DNA from: Deinococcus sp.
GTDB lineage: Bacteria; Deinococcota; Deinococci; Deinococcales; Deinococcaceae
Direction: 5' to 3'
DNA: 64,000 nt
Assembly (NCBI GenBank): GCA_965261005.1
Contig: OZ253375.1
Location: 2,894,560-2,958,559, forward strand
Shown here: positions 47,017 through 56,520 of the stretch, in pieces
How positions within the stretch are numbered: the first letter of the stretch is position 1
How the letters are laid out: each line of letters begins with the position of its first letter
Made by a program: the position numbers and the translations under genes
The notes under the pieces: generated by a model
Seen by the model: only the letters and a program-made list of their open reading frames with translations
The model's database searches: none
What the model was told of the DNA's origin: nothing

Positions 47017-48487
47017 GCCGCAGCCGGGGGCGCCGGTGTTCACGGCGGGCGGCATTCGCGCGCTGGACGCAGACTTGGCGGCGGCCGGCCTGCTCGAACT
47101 GACCATGGAGTTGGCCGGCGCTCGCGTGGCGGACGCGCTGAACGCCCGCTTCCCGGAGGGGGCGGTGTTGGTGCTGGCCGGCGGGGGGGCCAATGGCGGC
47201 GACGCCCTCGTGGCCGCCCGCCACCTGCACGCCGCTGGGCGCGAGCTGAGGGTGCTGGCCCTCGCGGGCGGGAGCGACCTCGCGCGCGCCATGCGGGACC
47301 GCTTGGAGCGGTTCGTGGCGGTGGACGCCCTGACGCCCGGGTCGCTCGCCGCCGCCTTGCCGGCCAGCCGGGTGGTGCTCGACGGGTTGCTGGGCACCGG
47401 CTTCGAGCCGCCGCTGCGCCCGGAGTTGGCCCAGGTGATCGGGCAACTGAACGCCGCCGACAAACAGGTGGTCAGCATAGACCTGCCCAGCGGCCTGAAC
47501 GCCGACGCGGCCGGGGAGCAGCCGGGCCAAGACCAGTCAGACCAAGACCAATCGGGCCAGGTCCGCGCGGACCTGACGTTGGCCCTGGTCGGTCTCAAGC
47601 CGGCGCTGCTGTTCATGGATGTGGGCGAGGTTTGCCGGCTGGACCTCGGCGTGCCGCCGGGGTTGCTGGCCCGGCACGCCCGGGCCTGGACCAGCGGGGC
47701 GGCCGAGCTGCGCGCCTGGCTGCCCAAACGCAAGCGCGGCGCCCACAAAGGGGACGCCGGCAAGCTGTACGTGTTGGGTGGACAAAGCGGCTATACCGGC
47801 GCCCCCGCCATGACGGCGCTGGCCGCCATTCGGACGGGAGCGGGCTTGGTGACGCTGTACTCGCGCGCGGACATTCCCGGCCACCCGCTGGAGGCGATGG
47901 CGCACCGCTTGGAGCGCTGGGACGCGCTCGACGACTTGCCGAGGCCGGACGCCTTGGCGGTGGGCATGGGCTTGCCCCAAGACGGCGAGGCGGTGGCCCG
48001 CCGGGTGCTCGCTTGGCGCGTGCCCACGGTGCTCGACGCGGGCGCCCTTCAGCCCGACCTTGCCGGCGCCGGCCACGATCAGGTCGTGTGGACCCCGCAT
48101 CCCGGCGAGGCGGCGAGGTTGTTGCAAACCCAGGTCGGGGAGGTGACGCGCGATCCCCTCGCCGCCGCCGAACGCCTGCGCGCCCACTTCGGCGGCAGCG
48201 TCGTTCTGAAGGGCGGGCCGACGGTCGTGGCGACGCCGGAGGGGTTGTGGGTGTGCCCCCACGGCAACCCCGGCATGGCGACGGGCGGCATGGGCGACGT
48301 GCTGTCCGGCGTGATCGCGGCGCTGCTGGGGCAGGGTCTCGGCGCGGGGCAGGCGGCCGTGGCCGGCGTGACGCTGCACGCCCTCGCCGGCGACCGCGTG
48401 GCGGCCCGGCTCGGCTACGGCCTGAGCGCCACCGACGTGGCCCACGAACTCGCGGTGGCGTGGCACGACCTGACCACGTCAGTCTGA
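47009..48487 (+). CDS. nnr: Bifunctional NAD(P)H-hydrate epimerase/dehydratase
   Basis: GANGGDA, DLPSG, HKG..G, TPHPGE, MATGGMGDVLSG. Confidence 0.92.
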   Translation: MAEPQPGAPVFTAGGIRALDADLAAAGLLELTMELAGARVADALNARFPEGAVLVLAGGGANGGDALVAARHLHAAGRELRVLALAGGSDLARAMRDRLERFVAVDALTPGSLAAALPASRVVLDGLLGTGFEPPLRPELAQVIGQLNAADKQVVSIDLPSGLNADAAGEQPGQDQSDQDQSGQVRADLTLALVGLKPALLFMDVGEVCRLDLGVPPGLLARHARAWTSGAAELRAWLPKRKRGAHKGDAGKLYVLGGQSGYTGAPAMTALAAIRTGAGLVTLYSRADIPGHPLEAMAHRLERWDALDDLPRPDALAVGMGLPQDGEAVARRVLAWRVPTVLDAGALQPDLAGAGHDQVVWTPHPGEAARLLQTQVGEVTRDPLAAAERLRAHFGGSVVLKGGPTVVATPEGLWVCPHGNPGMATGGMGDVLSGVIAALLGQGLGAGQAAVAGVTLHALAGDRVAARLGYGLSATDVAHELAVAWHDLTTSV

Positions 48488-48554
48488 CCACGCAAGTGTG
48501 GTGACGCTCAGGGCCGCTTTTCTTTTCGTTAACTTTCGTATTAGACTGGCCGGA

Positions 48555-49304
48555 ATGCAAGGTGACTTGGCCGACCTGCCGCTGATCGGGGTGCTTGAGC
48601 TGATTCACTTCAGCCGCAAGAGTGGCGTGCTGGACGTGAACGCGCCCGTTCCCTTCACGCTCAGCTTCAGCGGCGGGGAGGTGGTCGCGGGGGGCGTTCT
48701 CGATTGGGAGGGCCTGGACGCCATCTACACCTTGCCGCCCACGCCCGAGCGCGGGCGCTTTGCCTTTTCGCCCGAGTCCGCTTCCGACGGGGCCGACGTT
48801 CAGCTTCCCCTCAAGCCCTTCGCGCGCTTGGTGGGCGACTGGGCGCACCTCGCCGACGAGTGGCGCCGGGTGCGCGGTGTGATCGGCAGTCCCAGCCGGG
48901 TGCTGCGCCCGCCCACCAGTTCGGACCAGACGGGGCCTTACGCCCACGGCCGCAGCGTGCGCGCGGTGGCGCGCGCCTCGGGGGAGCCGCTGTTTGACGT
49001 GGCCAAGCAGGCCGCCGAGGCGGCGGCGGCGGGCCGATTGGAACTCAGCGACCGCTACGCTTGGCACGCGCTGCGCCTGCGCCACCCGCGCTCACACGGG
49101 CCGGAGCAGGCGCCAGGGGGCAGCTTGGAGCGGCTGCTCGACGGCCAGTTGAACTTGGGCGAGTTGATCGACGAGGGCCACCCGGCAGAGCAGTTGCGCG
49201 CCTTTTTGCTGCGTGAACTGCGCGCGGGGTTGCGCTTTCCCGGCGCGGGCTGGGTGCTGCGCGACCTCGCTTGGGAGGAAGAGGCGCGCGAGGTGGTGGC
49301 GTGA
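48555..49304 (+). CDS. DUF4388 domain protein
   Basis: MQGDLADLPLIGVLELIHFSRKSGVL...GRFAF. Confidence 0.8.
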   Translation: MQGDLADLPLIGVLELIHFSRKSGVLDVNAPVPFTLSFSGGEVVAGGVLDWEGLDAIYTLPPTPERGRFAFSPESASDGADVQLPLKPFARLVGDWAHLADEWRRVRGVIGSPSRVLRPPTSSDQTGPYAHGRSVRAVARASGEPLFDVAKQAAEAAAAGRLELSDRYAWHALRLRHPRSHGPEQAPGGSLERLLDGQLNLGELIDEGHPAEQLRAFLLRELRAGLRFPGAGWVLRDLAWEEEAREVVA

Positions 49305-49399
49305 AGCGCGGCCCACCTGAAGGTCCGCCGGTCCGCCGCGCTTTCACGCTAAGATACCGCCATGTCCCCGGCCAGCCCGGCGCCCCCGGCCAGCAGCAC

Positions 49400-50173
49400 G
49401 TGAACGACCTTCAGACCCGCAGTTTCGCGGCGCACAAGGCGCGCATGCGTGAGCTGGCCCGCCGCTTCGCCCAACAGCACTTCGCCCAGCAGCACCCGGC
49501 GCGCGAGCCGCACGCCCTCGCGGAGGCGCTGGGCGCCAAGCTGGTCTTCACCGACCTCGGCGAGCGCGACGGCGCCTATGACCCCGAGCACGGCGTCATC
49601 CTGGTAAACGGCGCCCACACGCCGGTGCGCCAGCGCTTCACCCTCGCGCACGAAGTCAGCCACGCGCTGCTGCTTTCGGACGAGGACCTGCTGAGCGACC
49701 TGCACGACACCTTTGACGGCGGGGCGCTGGAGGGCGCCATCGAGACGCTGTGCAACGTCGGCGCCGCGACCATTCTGATTCCGGACCCGGACTTGCGCGC
49801 CGCCCTGGAGCGCTTCGGCGTGTCGGGCCGCGCGGTGGCCGACGTGGCGCGGCGCGCCGATGTGTCGGCGGCGGTCGCCCTATACGCCCTCGCGGACTTC
49901 GCGCGCACGCCGGCCATCTTCGCGCTGTGCGCCCCGGTTCGCGCCGGCGGCCCCCTGGTCGTGCAGCAGAGCGCCCCGACCGCCCCCATGCGCTACAGCC
50001 TCCGCCCCGGCACCCCCATTCCCGAGGGACACACCGTGGACACCGCTTGGCGTACCGGCTTGCCGCTGGAGGAGGCGAGCTACTTCCCCTTTCGCAGCGG
50101 CAAGCGCATGCCCGCCCTGGTCAGCGCCTTTCCGCAGCGCGGCCGGGTGTTGGCCGCCTTCGAGGAGCGGTAG
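49400..50173 (+). CDS. irrE: IrrE/PprI radiation-response metalloprotease (start uncertain)
   Basis: KARMRELA, RDGAYDPEH, RQRFTLAHEVSHALL, IETLCNVGAA, PFRSGKRMPA; upstream of folP-folB-folK. Confidence 0.92.
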   Translation: MNDLQTRSFAAHKARMRELARRFAQQHFAQQHPAREPHALAEALGAKLVFTDLGERDGAYDPEHGVILVNGAHTPVRQRFTLAHEVSHALLLSDEDLLSDLHDTFDGGALEGAIETLCNVGAATILIPDPDLRAALERFGVSGRAVADVARRADVSAAVALYALADFARTPAIFALCAPVRAGGPLVVQQSAPTAPMRYSLRPGTPIPEGHTVDTAWRTGLPLEEASYFPFRSGKRMPALVSAFPQRGRVLAAFEER

Positions 50174-50288
50174 GAGTAGGAATGTGTAAGGTGTGGAGTA
50201 GACTGCTTGGCCAACACCAGCGGCAGCGCGGTGGGACTTGCAGCAGCAGATGCGTCCCGTACTTTTGAGAAAGCCCTTAGAATGAGTT

Positions 50289-53200
50289 ATGTCTGAGTAT
50301 GAAGAGCGCGAGCAAGGCCAGCAAAGGGCAGCCGCAGCGCCGCAGATCACCTACGTGCCCCCGCTGCCGGTTCCGGATCAGGCCGCCATCCAGCTTGAGC
50401 TGCAACAGCGCGCATTACAGCGCTACCAGCAGTTTTTTGACATACAAGCCGTCGCCCAACGTTCGAGCGCCGCCCCGGTTCTCGAAGCTGCCCAGGTGCA
50501 ACGTAGCTTTGCCTTGCAGCGCCAGCAATCGCAGTTGGCTTTGCAACGTCAGATCGAGGCGCTGAGCGAGGGGCTGCCTCCCGATGTCCTACAAGCGGCG
50601 CTACAACGTCAGGCCGAGCAAGCTGGGGTACCGGCGTTGCCCCCCGTCTTTAGCGGTCCCACGAGGTCACAGCCTTCCTACGCCGACCACGCCCAGCGCT
50701 ATGCCCATGAAGCGGTGTCGTTGCAACGGCAGGCCGACCAGCACAGCGGCTTCGTCGCCATGTCCGCTTGGCCGACCATCCAACAACGGGCGACGCAGGA
50801 CTTGGTGCAGCGCTTCCGTCAAGATACTTCCCCCGCCATTCAGCGTTACGCCGAGTTGGGACGCAGCTTGGCCCTGGTGCAACGCCAGCCGCAAGGGAAA
50901 CAGGTGGCGCGGGTCGTGTTGCAACGTTTGCCGGCGGGTGAGCGGCCCATGGTGCAGAGAGCGCTGGACGAGGCTGAACAAGAGCATCAGCAGTTCCAGG
51001 CGCAGGATCAGAACGCCTTACAGCTGCACGCCTTGCAACGGAAGCTGACAGAGGAAGAAAACCTTGCTCCTATCGCTCTCCCAAGCAGAAGCGGCCAACC
51101 CCTCTCTTTGGCGGTGCAGCGGCAATTGGAAGTGGGGCTGAACATTCCGAGAGAACACTTGCAAAGCGTCAGAGTCCATGTCGACTCCAGCGCCCATAGC
51201 TTTGCCAAGTCGGTTCAAGCCATCGCGGCGACGGTCGGAACGCACATCTTCTTTCAGCAGGGCAAGCTGGACACCGAGAGCGCCGAGGGCCAAGAGCTGC
51301 TGGCGCACGAGGTGACGCACACCTATCAGCAGGCGCAAGGGAAAGTCACAGGCAAAGGGATTGACCCCGACCCTGGGCTGGAGCAAGAGGCGCGGGAAGC
51401 GGGGCGGAAGTTCGCGCAGCGCGTTTCTCCCATGGACATGCCGAGCGTTCTGAAAGGCGAGGTGAAGAGCAAGACTCGCGCGGCTCAACGTGTTCCCGCG
51501 CCCCAACAGAGCGCACTCCAGCGCAGGGCCACGGACGAACCCAAGCAAACTGGCCCGCTCCAAGACTGGGCGGGCACGCTGGCCAACACGGCCGTCAGCC
51601 TGAAGCTGCGCCAAAACGGCGGCAAGCTGCACGGCCGCTACAGCTATCAGGGCCACGCCGACTTCCTGACCGTCGAGGGCACGCTGGACGCGACGGGCAA
51701 AGTTCAGCTCACCGAGCGCGACGCCGGCGGCAAGGTCACCGGCACTTTTGAGGGCGTCCTCAAGGGAGACACGCTCGACGGGCAATGGACTTCCGCACAG
51801 AGCGGCCGAGCGCACAGGTTCAGCCTGCGAAAAAACGCCGCTGGGGCGCAGCAGTGGGCACACGACTATGCTGGCCACGTTGGCGGGGCGGCCATACACG
51901 TTCACCTCGGTAGGCAGGGCGACACTCTGGAACTGGCCTACGGCTACGACAAGAGCGGCCCGGACCTGCCGCTTCGGCTGAGCGGCAAGCTGAGCGACCC
52001 GACCAAAAAGACCTTTCGCTGTGAGGGTTCGGGAGAGGTATTTGAGGGCGCCTTCGTGGGAGCGGACGGCGCAACCGTGCGGGGCAAGTGGCATGGAAAC
52101 GGCAAAACGCTCGACTTCGAGTTCAGGTTGAGCCAAGAGAAACAAAGCCAAGCTGACAAGCAGCCTGCACAGCCGGGCGGCGAGATATCGGAGCAATTCA
52201 TTGACGCGGTGCTGGCCGCGCTCCCGGACGCCATGCGGCGGGACCCCATCACAGTCCATGGCAAAGTGGGGCAGCGGGTCGAGCCGAACCTCACCAGGAA
52301 CCCGCGCTACCGCGAGGACACCCGGCGCATTCTGCAAGCCTGCCTGAACGCGGGCATCACCGACAAAGCGCAAATCGCCTATGTGCTGACCAGCGCGGCA
52401 CACGAAAGCAGCTACGGGCGGAACATGCGTGAACTGGGGGGCTTCGACTACTTCGAGCACCACTACGGCCCGGACGGCAAGGCCCCTGCGCGCGCCAAGA
52501 GTATGGGCAACACCCAACCCGGCGACGGCTTTAAGTACAGAGGGCGAGGGTTTGTGCAGGTTACGTGGGAGCAAAACTATGCAACTTGGCAACAAAAGCT
52601 AGAAGGGTATGAGGTTGACGGTAAGAAAATTGACCTCATCAGCAACCCCGACCTGATCGCGCAGGACCGTGACTTGGCGGCAAAGATTTTGGCGGAGGGG
52701 TTGCGGGACGGCGTGTTCGCCGGCATCTGGACGGCTCCAGGTCGCAAGCGCCCCATGACGCGACTGAATGAACTGAACGAGGGGCACGCCGACCAGTTGA
52801 GCTTCGCGGCGGCCCGCAACCTGGTCAACGGGGGCAGCCTGGCCGAACCGATTGGTGGCGCCGCCGAAGCGCTCTACCTGCGGCTTCGGCAGCTTCAACC
52901 CTTCTTGGACCCACAAAACCCGCAACAATCACAGCCACCGGGGGAGCTTGCCCAGAGCATGGTCAAGATGGCGCAGGAGGGGCTGACGGCGGGCTGGTCG
53001 CCGAGCCTGGGCTATTCATGTTCGGCATGGGTTCGGACGGTGGTCGAACATGCTCTTCAAGTGAAGGATCATGGGCTTTCGCGTGATAAATTTCACCCGC
53101 ATGGCCTCTTCGGCATTAGCGCGCTGAAGACACTGGAATACTTTAAGAGCGAGGGTTTGACGCAGCCGTACCAGGGAGAGGGTGAGTTGCAGCCGGGGGA

Positions 53201-53483
53201 CATTCTCTTTTGGGATGTGCCGAGCAGCTTCGGTCATATCGCCGTCTATTTGGGCGGTGGTAAGGTCGCTGGTAATCACTATGTTATCTACTTGCGAGCC
53301 AAGAACGATTATAAATCAGCGGGTCAGCAGCTCTCTGGCAAAGCTGTTCGTATGGATGACGGCACAGTCGTTTACGACGGTATAGATTCACGGGGAATAC
53401 TACATTTAGAAAGTGTCGCAGGAAATAATAGAATTCCCATTATGGTTGCTAGATTTCCAAAAAATTGGAGTTCTAAAAAATGA
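50289..53483 (+). CDS. DUF4157 (eCIS core) protein with GH19-like and NlpC/P60 peptidoglycan-hydrolase domains
   Basis: N-terminal ~370 aa nearly identical to 31884..34346; HEVTH at 51306; HES at 52401 and GDGFKYRGRGFVQVTW..NY; CSAWV (Cys 53019), LQPGDILFW, GHIAVYLG (His 53235). Confidence 0.85.
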   Translation: MSEYEEREQGQQRAAAAPQITYVPPLPVPDQAAIQLELQQRALQRYQQFFDIQAVAQRSSAAPVLEAAQVQRSFALQRQQSQLALQRQIEALSEGLPPDVLQAALQRQAEQAGVPALPPVFSGPTRSQPSYADHAQRYAHEAVSLQRQADQHSGFVAMSAWPTIQQRATQDLVQRFRQDTSPAIQRYAELGRSLALVQRQPQGKQVARVVLQRLPAGERPMVQRALDEAEQEHQQFQAQDQNALQLHALQRKLTEEENLAPIALPSRSGQPLSLAVQRQLEVGLNIPREHLQSVRVHVDSSAHSFAKSVQAIAATVGTHIFFQQGKLDTESAEGQELLAHEVTHTYQQAQGKVTGKGIDPDPGLEQEAREAGRKFAQRVSPMDMPSVLKGEVKSKTRAAQRVPAPQQSALQRRATDEPKQTGPLQDWAGTLANTAVSLKLRQNGGKLHGRYSYQGHADFLTVEGTLDATGKVQLTERDAGGKVTGTFEGVLKGDTLDGQWTSAQSGRAHRFSLRKNAAGAQQWAHDYAGHVGGAAIHVHLGRQGDTLELAYGYDKSGPDLPLRLSGKLSDPTKKTFRCEGSGEVFEGAFVGADGATVRGKWHGNGKTLDFEFRLSQEKQSQADKQPAQPGGEISEQFIDAVLAALPDAMRRDPITVHGKVGQRVEPNLTRNPRYREDTRRILQACLNAGITDKAQIAYVLTSAAHESSYGRNMRELGGFDYFEHHYGPDGKAPARAKSMGNTQPGDGFKYRGRGFVQVTWEQNYATWQQKLEGYEVDGKKIDLISNPDLIAQDRDLAAKILAEGLRDGVFAGIWTAPGRKRPMTRLNELNEGHADQLSFAAARNLVNGGSLAEPIGGAAEALYLRLRQLQPFLDPQNPQQSQPPGELAQSMVKMAQEGLTAGWSPSLGYSCSAWVRTVVEHALQVKDHGLSRDKFHPHGLFGISALKTLEYFKSEGLTQPYQGEGELQPGDILFWDVPSSFGHIAVYLGGGKVAGNHYVIYLRAKNDYKSAGQQLSGKAVRMDDGTVVYDGIDSRGILHLESVAGNNRIPIMVARFPKNWSSKK

Positions 53484-54415
53484 AGATGAACTTCATAAGA
53501 ATCGCTTTTTTGGGTACCTCTTTAGTTTTATGTGGCTATGTTCGAGCAGACTATAAACAACCGATATATTTAGGAAAATTCAAAGGAAGCAGCCTAAGTT
53601 TAAGGCAATCTTTAGATAAAGAACTACAAAGACAAATCGAAAGTCCTATACCTCATATATATGCGAAAATCCCCTTGGAAAAAGAAAGTTTTCCGGAGAT
53701 GTCGGGAAGTAAAATATGGAACTACTATTACAACTACGATATACACAACGCAGAAGTGGGTAGACACAACGCTTCCGGCTATTCGGTTGCTTTGGGTATA
53801 AAAAATTGCGACCCCAATCCTTTTAAAGGTAATTGCACATGGGGCGGATTTTCTGGTGATGTTAACACAATAGACGACGTTAATGTTATAGACTTTGGTT
53901 TACTTTTCAAAGAGCCTATTACCAATAACGGTATTCCTCTGGCTTACGGAATAAATGGCTACATAAGAGGTGGTCCAGTAGACTTTCTGTATAAAACAGG
54001 TCATTATTATATTAATGGCAGCCGCTACCCTCTCGAAAACGTGATTCTCGCCAACGCGGCGAACGTGGACCTCAAGGACCCCAAGGGACCGAACTACAAC
54101 AAGCCCTTTGGCGGTACGGTCGGTCAGAAGCTCAAGCTCAACATGCAGCTTCGCCGCAGTGGCAAGTGGCTGTGGGGCACCTACGCCTACAACCTGGGCA
54201 AGCCCGTTGCCGTGCAAGACCGCCTGTACGTCGTCGGCAGCGTGGCCCCGGACGGCGTGGCCAGCTTGCGGGAATACAGCTTCGACAACCAGAACAACAA
54301 GGCCAACCAGACCGGCCTCTTCAGGGGAAAGCTGGTCGGCGACAAGACCTTCAGCGGGACGTGGTCCACCCCTGACGGCAAGAAGACCTTGCTATTCTCG
54401 TTGCAGGCCAAGTGA
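53480..54415 (+). CDS. Secreted candidate immunity protein
   Basis: Signal peptide (VRA); ATGA overlap with the toxin stop; AT-rich N-terminal domain plus a C-terminal beta domain similar to repeats inside the toxins. Confidence 0.7.
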   Translation: MKMNFIRIAFLGTSLVLCGYVRADYKQPIYLGKFKGSSLSLRQSLDKELQRQIESPIPHIYAKIPLEKESFPEMSGSKIWNYYYNYDIHNAEVGRHNASGYSVALGIKNCDPNPFKGNCTWGGFSGDVNTIDDVNVIDFGLLFKEPITNNGIPLAYGINGYIRGGPVDFLYKTGHYYINGSRYPLENVILANAANVDLKDPKGPNYNKPFGGTVGQKLKLNMQLRRSGKWLWGTYAYNLGKPVAVQDRLYVVGSVAPDGVASLREYSFDNQNNKANQTGLFRGKLVGDKTFSGTWSTPDGKKTLLFSLQAK

Positions 54416-54726
54416 GTTACCTTCGTGCCGGACAAACTTTTCTTCTTTCATCAGTAGAAAGTGTCCTACGTCAGTGACGCTCTCTCACACTTTTTGTCAG
54501 GCCGTCAGCCCCTTACACTATGGCGCCATTTTCAGCTCCGACTTTTCACCACGATGACAAAGCGCTCCGACTTCCCCTCAAAAGCGAGCGAGGAAGTGGG
54601 AAGTTGGTCCCAATGGACTGTTTTTCGTCATGAAGATATCCCGGGGCCGACCAACCCATGACATCTTCCCCCTGCCAACCACAGACAACTCGCTCGACTC
54701 ACCAGCGCTTTGAGGAATAGGCAGCC

Positions 54727-55611
54727 TTGACCTATACCCCACACCCCACACCCCACAGCCTCACCTTTCGCTTTCCCGTGCCCGGCGCCTACCCTGACGG
54801 CGACGTGTGGCGTTTGAATTGGGCGGGGTGTGCCGTGATGGGCATTCTGAACGTCACGCCCGATTCGTTCAGCGACGGGGGCCGCTACGCGGACCCGGAC
54901 GCGGCGCTCTTGCGCGCGGGCGAGCTGCTGGAGGCGGGCGCGCTGATCCTCGACGTGGGCGGCGAGTCCACCCGCCCCGGCGCCGAGGACGTGCCCGAGG
55001 AGGTGGAATTGGGGCGCGTGCTGCCCGTGGTGACGGCCCTGGCGCAATCGGGCCGGGCCGTCATCAGCGTGGACACCCGCAAGCCGGGCGTGGCGCGGGC
55101 GGCCCTGGCGGCGGGGGCACATTTGATCAACGACGTGAGCGGGCTGCGCGACGCGGACATGCTGGCCGCCTGCGCCGAGTTTGGGGCGCCGGCGGCGATC
55201 ATGCACATGCGCGGCGAGCCGCAGACCATGCAGCGTGCGCCGGTGTACGGTGACGTGGTGGATGAGGTCTTCGGTTTCTTAAAGGAACAGGCGGAGCGCG
55301 CCTTGGCGGCGGGCCTGCCGTCGGTGCTGCTCGACCCCGGCCTCGGCTTCGGCAAGACGCTCGCTCACAACCTCGCCCTGCTGCGCGCCTTGCCGCAGCT
55401 CTGCAAAGTGGGCCATCCCGTGCTGGTGGGCGCCTCGCGCAAGCAGATGATTGACCGTCTGGCCGGCGTCCCTTTGGCCCAAGACCGCGACCCCGGCTCC
55501 ATCGCCCTCCACCTGCGCGCGGCCTCCTGGGGGGCGGCCCTGGCGCGCGTTCACGATGTCGCCGGCCACGTGCAGGCGCTGCGCGTCTGGCAAGCGCTGG
55601 AACCCTTGTGA
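54727..55611 (+). CDS. folP: Dihydropteroate synthase
   Basis: MGILNVTPDSFSDGG, GGESTRPG, SVDT, DPGLGFGK, SRK, RVHDV. Confidence 0.97.
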   Translation: MTYTPHPTPHSLTFRFPVPGAYPDGDVWRLNWAGCAVMGILNVTPDSFSDGGRYADPDAALLRAGELLEAGALILDVGGESTRPGAEDVPEEVELGRVLPVVTALAQSGRAVISVDTRKPGVARAALAAGAHLINDVSGLRDADMLAACAEFGAPAAIMHMRGEPQTMQRAPVYGDVVDEVFGFLKEQAERALAAGLPSVLLDPGLGFGKTLAHNLALLRALPQLCKVGHPVLVGASRKQMIDRLAGVPLAQDRDPGSIALHLRAASWGAALARVHDVAGHVQALRVWQALEPL

Positions 55612-55973
55612 AACCCGGCAAGGTGGTGTTGGCCGGCCTGGAGTTCCACGGCCGCCACGGCGTCTTCGAGGAGGAGGCCAAGTTCGGCGCCCGCTTCGTG
55701 GTGGACTGCGAGCTGACCTGGGACTTCGCGGACCTGACCGACCAACTCGGCGCCACCGTCAACTACGCCGCCGTGTACGAGGGCGTGCGCGCGGAGGTCA
55801 CCGAACGGCGCTATCAGCTGATCGAAATGCTGGCCGAGCGCATTGCGGAGCGTCTCCTGAGCGAACACCCGCGTTTGGCGCGCGTCTTGGTGCGCGTCCA
55901 CAAGCCGCACGCGCCGCTGCCCGGCATCTTCCGCGACGTGTACGCCGAGATCGAACGGGACAGGGGAGCGTGA
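55608..55973 (+). CDS. folB: Dihydroneopterin aldolase
   Basis: FHGRHGVFEEE, TVNYA, LIEMLAE, VHKPHAP. Confidence 0.96.
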   Translation: MKPGKVVLAGLEFHGRHGVFEEEAKFGARFVVDCELTWDFADLTDQLGATVNYAAVYEGVRAEVTERRYQLIEMLAERIAERLLSEHPRLARVLVRVHKPHAPLPGIFRDVYAEIERDRGA

Positions 55974-56458
55974 ATACCGCCCTGATCGGGCTGGGCGCCA
56001 ACTTGGGCGATCCGCTGGGGGCGCTGCGCCGGGCGCGGGGGCAGCTGGGAGCCTTGGGTGAGCTGACCGCCGCCTCGCGCCTCTACCGCACCGAAGCGGT
56101 GGGCGGGCCGCCGGGTCAGCCGCCCTACCTGAACGCCGCCGCCGAGCTGAAGACCGACCTCGCGCCACACGAGCTGATGGCCGCCCTGCTGGACCTGGAG
56201 CGCCGCGCCGGCCGGGTGAGAAGCGAGCGCTGGGGACCGCGCACGCTGGACCTCGACCTCTTGGCCTACGATGACCTGAAGCTGGACATGCCGGGCCTGA
56301 GTTTGCCCCACCCGCGCCTCTTCGAGCGCGCCTTTGTGCTCGCGCCGCTGGGCGAGGTCGCCCCCGAGTGGCGCCATCCCGTCACCGGCCAAAGCGTCCG
56401 AGAGGCGCTGGCCCGGCTCGACCGCTCCGGCGTGGAGGTGGCGGACCTGAGCTGGTGA
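55970..56458 (+). CDS. folK: 6-hydroxymethyl-7,8-dihydropterin pyrophosphokinase
   Basis: IGLGANLG, YLNAA, RWGPRTLDLDLL, PHPRLFERAFVL. Confidence 0.96.
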   Translation: MNTALIGLGANLGDPLGALRRARGQLGALGELTAASRLYRTEAVGGPPGQPPYLNAAAELKTDLAPHELMAALLDLERRAGRVRSERWGPRTLDLDLLAYDDLKLDMPGLSLPHPRLFERAFVLAPLGEVAPEWRHPVTGQSVREALARLDRSGVEVADLSW

Positions 56459-56520
56459 ACGGCCCGCCGCTCAGGCATTGGTCATTCGCGTGTCTCCACA
56501 ACCTTCTATACTGACCCCGC

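Noticed and set aside
54416..54726. ORF 54461..54661 or an ncRNA downstream of the immunity gene
   Set aside because: No RBS, motif, coding bias or convincing structure
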